DNA of 27,851 bases from a virus (Duplodnaviria > Caudoviricetes). Location: positions 1 to 27,851 of the IMG/VR virus record IMGVR_UViG_3300044723_006031; one strand, given 5' to 3'. The notes below the pieces were generated by a model. The model was given only the letters and a program-made list of their open reading frames with translations. It was not told the DNA's origin and did no database searches. This document shows, piece after piece, positions 25,501-27,851 of the stretch (the first letter of the stretch is position 1; every line of letters starts with the position of its first letter). Position numbers and translations under genes: made by a program.

Positions 25501-27851
25501 GAGTAGTTTACCATTAACTATTTCTTGTACTAATGATTCACTAACGGATTCCGTAACAATATTTAAAGTAGAGGGTGGTGCTGATGGGGCAGAAGGACAA
25601 GATGCAGTAACTGCTTTCCTTACAAATGAATCCCATACTTTACCTTCTCAAAACGATGGAACTGTGGTATCTTTTTCTGGCGCAGAAACTGATATGATTG
25701 TATTTGAAGGTGTAACGGATAAAACAAACTCATATACATTTAGTAGAACTTCAGCAACATCGGTTAGTTCATCTATAAGTGATAATACTGTTACTATTAC
25801 ATCAATGGGACATGATAGCGGTTCGGTTATCATAACGGCAGAATCCGCTAGTGTATCATTATCTAAAACAATGTCACTTGCTAAATCAAAGCAGGGTACT
25901 GCGGGATTAGCTGGTTCGGATGCAAAACTATTATCACTTACTTCAGATTCACAAATATTCGCATTCCCATCTGCCTCTTCTTCAAATCCTGAAGATAACG
26001 ATATTTTAGTTATCGTTAACCAACAAAACCTAAGTGGTACTGTAGATGGTGGTGATATAACAATCAAAGATGCTGGTGGTAACATATTATCAGACCCAAC
26101 ATTTGTGGCAAATGTAACAGATGGTACGGGACAAGTAAGTGGTTCAATAACCTTTAGTGGAACTGTTGGTGGTGATAAAACAAAACTACCTTTAACAATT
26201 GAAGTATCAAAAGATTCATTAGAAGATAGTTTAAAAATATTTAAAGTAGAGGGTGGTGCTGATGGTGCTGCGGGTTCGGATGGTACTGATGGTGCTGCTG
26301 GTAGTGATGGTACTGATGCACTAACCGTATTTCTAACCAACGAATCACATACATTCCCATCTGATGTTAATGGTACTATTTCATCATTTAGTGGTGGTGA
26401 AACTGATATGATTGTATTTCAAGGTGTAACTGATGTTACAACTGATTATTCATTCAGTAGAGCAAGTACAACGAGTGTAAGTTCATCAATATCGGATAAT
26501 ACCGTAACAATTACATCAATGGTCCATGATAGTGGTTCAGTTATCATAACCGCAACATCCGCAAGTGTTACACTAAACAAAACAATGTCTTTGGCAAAAT
26601 CAAAACAAGGTAGTGATGGTTTAGATGGTGCTGATGGTGTTTCAACTACTGGTTTTCGTATAGAGTATTCTACATCTACAACAGAAGCAGACCCTGGTTC
26701 GGGTAAATTTAGATTTAACGCTACCGACCCAGCTTCAGCTACTGAAGTTTATATAAGTGAAACAGATTTAGATGGGTTGGGAGTAGCACCATTATTAAAC
26801 CAATTAACATCATCAACAAATACTCCTAACAAATCTATAATTACATTTAGACAAGAAGCAAATCAAGCATATTACGAATCAGCTTATGTAACCGACCAAA
26901 CAGATAATGGTTCTTGGAGAACGGTAGATATCACACATATTGATAAAAATGGTTGGACCAATTTAAGTAATGGGGATAGTACATTTATGGCTATTGCCGT
27001 TTTAGGTGATAGCGGTATAGCTGGAGCAGATGGTGTAGATGGTGTTACTACATTCCTTACAAATGAAGCGCATACATTCGCTGCAGCAACCGATGGTACT
27101 ATTGTATCTTTTGTTGGTGGTTCTACTGATATGGAAGTATTTGAGGGAGTTACAAATGTAACATCAAATTATACAATATCAGCATCTAATGGTGCTGGGG
27201 TAAGTTCATCACTTGCACCACCAAAGACAGTGAATATCGGCGCACTTGCAAATGATAGCGGTTCGGTTATTATAACTGCAACCTCTGCTAGTGTTTCTTT
27301 ATCAAAAACAATGAGTTTAGTTAAATCTAAACAAGGTGTTGCTGGTGCTGATGGAACATCTGCTAAATTATTAATTGGTAGTTTGAACTCATTAGTATTT
27401 GCTTTCGATGATGCAGCATCTTCCACGGCAACCCCAAACTCTATTGAGTTTAGTTTCCAACAACAAAACTTAAACGCTGCTATTGGTAGTTCTGATATCA
27501 CAATTACAACCGCTGGTGGTGGAAGTGTTACTAATTTTGATTTTGATAATAACGATGTTAGTAGTGGTACTGGTATTGTAAGTGGTAGTATATCATTTAG
27601 TGGAGCATTAAATACAGGTGGTTTGAATTCTACCAAATCTAATTTACCTGTTACGATTACCGCTACAAAAGATGGATTGGAAGATTCTGTAAAAATATTT
27701 AAAGTAGAAGGTGGTACTGATGGTTTAGATGGGGCAGCCGGTGCAGATGGTTCACCAGGTGCTGATGGTAGTGATGGTACTGATGCACTAACCGCATTTC
27801 TAACCAACGATTCACATACACTTCCTGTAACTTCATCTTTAAATGGTGGTG
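22574..27851 (+). CDS. Giant modular tail-fibre/appendage protein with collagen-like hinges (3'-truncated, at least 1759 aa)
   Basis: Absent from the ORF track because there is no stop in the window. Hand translation from ATG 22574 (MSLEYRFKETENLKDVQTFIVD...) stays open to the last base. AGGAG at 22563-22567. Ser/Thr/Gly-rich, with repeated FLTNE(A/S)HT domains and Gly-X-Y linkers. Confidence 0.88.
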   Translation, partial: MSLEYRFKETENLKDVQTFIVDTTQLSNKYFRVSDVPQVLQQGKNLLRITAHPTNLVDGTQIYVDVRDSNGEPIYFEIPDYLENDKSRVISIWIYNDKGSDNTANGEATITLLGTANVDLNGNPLPPNQRGKINVKWQTTLNVDRNRNNSSEIIFNTNNVPNVIVSQSIEFYQNQSQETIFSPRENRITLAKTTQTGKARYIFSGETPIIQITDSSTLNSEMIDGDITLYEFTEPATPITNIEGPRSSTFFRSSIGSILNATTLKPLTNFTTSFDNREDLTHTYESISEANYIIQYIQSGSNVLTQNKRNFVNLQLSNIDPITGVVDKIKILAKSQGLSGDFEFLNEVQIPYSSSVDIKVPIPSKNLNDPKILKLLYLNAEGSISKTETILSEPFIFDGEQVYIGGEDNLITGSIFISNTLGTGIEIGGAPSGFIRSVGYSGITSASLGKAPGGFVIYSGSDNLVFGEDQLLGVGMQLVGDNDARHLVFSTANGGILDVKTDKFFIGNLTEQYISGSDGNIEISSSIFHLDPKNDLLVIGADAIIEADVTANNIRTPATINGVQSTEANASSSIKADGFARFVSASIGGLKLVDDKLFAGSGTWNNSNTGFYVDSGSFFSLGNKLSWNPSTSTLTIVGQLNFADGTSVSEAIDNASSSSVARIVDLSADTYVITFDADGNEDPSGQTITLTATPQNFTGDVYYEFYKDSAIQGSRSTTNTFSVDTTLEKPTATSPVSYEVRAYTGSSGGTPESTDTLTLFGIRPGQDAVTAFLTNEAHTLPLSSSGVIQSYAGADTQMKVFEGITDKTSAYTFTESSPSHITATSSSNEFTITSTTTPHSGSITITAASGSVSLSKIMSIGVTRQGDDGSDGTPGVNGDNAKTLVASVDSQIFAFDDSTDNSATPGSITFSFSQQNLNDTIQSSDITITTADSNSVTNFSFDNNSVGGPANQKSGIVSGSVSFTGGFSSGGLNGAKSSLPLTISCTNDSLTDSVTIFKVEGGADGAEGQDAVTAFLTNESHTLPSQNDGTVVSFSGAETDMIVFEGVTDKTNSYTFSRTSATSVSSSISDNTVTITSMGHDSGSVIITAESASVSLSKTMSLAKSKQGTAGLAGSDAKLLSLTSDSQIFAFPSASSSNPEDNDILVIVNQQNLSGTVDGGDITIKDAGGNILSDPTFVANVTDGTGQVSGSITFSGTVGGDKTKLPLTIEVSKDSLEDSLKIFKVEGGADGAAGSDGTDGAAGSDGTDALTVFLTNESHTFPSDVNGTISSFSGGETDMIVFQGVTDVTTDYSFSRASTTSVSSSISDNTVTITSMVHDSGSVIITATSASVTLNKTMSLAKSKQGSDGLDGADGVSTTGFRIEYSTSTTEADPGSGKFRFNATDPASATEVYISETDLDGLGVAPLLNQLTSSTNTPNKSIITFRQEANQAYYESAYVTDQTDNGSWRTVDITHIDKNGWTNLSNGDSTFMAIAVLGDSGIAGADGVDGVTTFLTNEAHTFAAATDGTIVSFVGGSTDMEVFEGVTNVTSNYTISASNGAGVSSSLAPPKTVNIGALANDSGSVIITATSASVSLSKTMSLVKSKQGVAGADGTSAKLLIGSLNSLVFAFDDAASSTATPNSIEFSFQQQNLNAAIGSSDITITTAGGGSVTNFDFDNNDVSSGTGIVSGSISFSGALNTGGLNSTKSNLPVTITATKDGLEDSVKIFKVEGGTDGLDGAAGADGSPGADGSDGTDALTAFLTNDSHTLPVTSSLNGG
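24554..27851 (+). repeat. Intragenic domain-repeat array (B0-A1-B1-A2-B2-A3-C-A4-B3-A5...)
   Basis: A units (AVTAFLTNE.HT...M.VFEG.TD...SGSVIITA.SASVSLSKTMSL.KSKQ) start at ~24872, 25604, 26318, 27044 and 27785. B units (AK.L....SQIFAF...QQNL...DITI...VSGS..F.G...LP.TI...L.DS..IFKVE) start at ~25214, 25922 and 27362, with a divergent B0 at ~24554. Confidence 0.9.

Noticed and set aside
25558-27723. CRISPR-like 30-nt direct repeats
   Set aside because: Spacing is 0.7-1.5 kb and in frame within a CDS; no cas genes.
25648-27807. Minus-strand ORFs 25648-26340 and 27169-27807 that resemble each other
   Set aside because: They are antisense shadows of the repeated + strand fibre gene; their similarity and PSAP repeats simply mirror the Gly-X-Y codons.
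26291-27820. Diversity-generating retroelement TR/VR pair
   Set aside because: The mismatches (C/A, T/C, A/T) are not adenine-specific in one copy, both copies are coding, and there is no reverse transcriptase in the window.
1-27851. Stop-codon reassignment, introns or inteins
   Set aside because: Genes are full length and tightly packed under the standard code, TAA, TAG and TGA all terminate genes at sensible boundaries, and no splicing motifs were seen.

Overview
AT-rich, densely packed window with all credible genes on the + strand, from a large contractile-tailed (myovirus-type, distantly T4-like) bacteriophage. A host promoter-like element suggests a Bacteroidota-related host (inference). 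Gene order: a 5'-truncated gp55-like late sigma factor; a baseplate/tail module (gp5-like hub/spike, gp25, gp6/J-like wedge, a DNRLRE-like protein with inserted tandem beta-sandwich repeats, a 1484-aa gp7/P2-I-like wedge protein with a LamG-like domain, a charged coiled-coil orphan, and three fibre-attachment-like proteins); and a DNA-metabolism cassette (T7 endonuclease I-like resolvase, DNA primase, single-chain Mre11-Rad50/SbcD-SbcC fusion). The window ends with a giant ORF absent from the supplied track: 22574 to beyond the window end, at least 1759 aa, read by hand with no stop. It encodes a modular fibre of alternating ~97-aa and ~110-120-aa domains joined by variable-length collagen Gly-X-Y hinges. 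Non-coding signals: a recurrent ATA(T/C)TTAT late-promoter candidate, one Bacteroidota-type -33/-7 promoter, and an identical 12-mer (TAAGATATGGCA) over three start codons. All product calls come from motif recognition by eye; no database searches were run.
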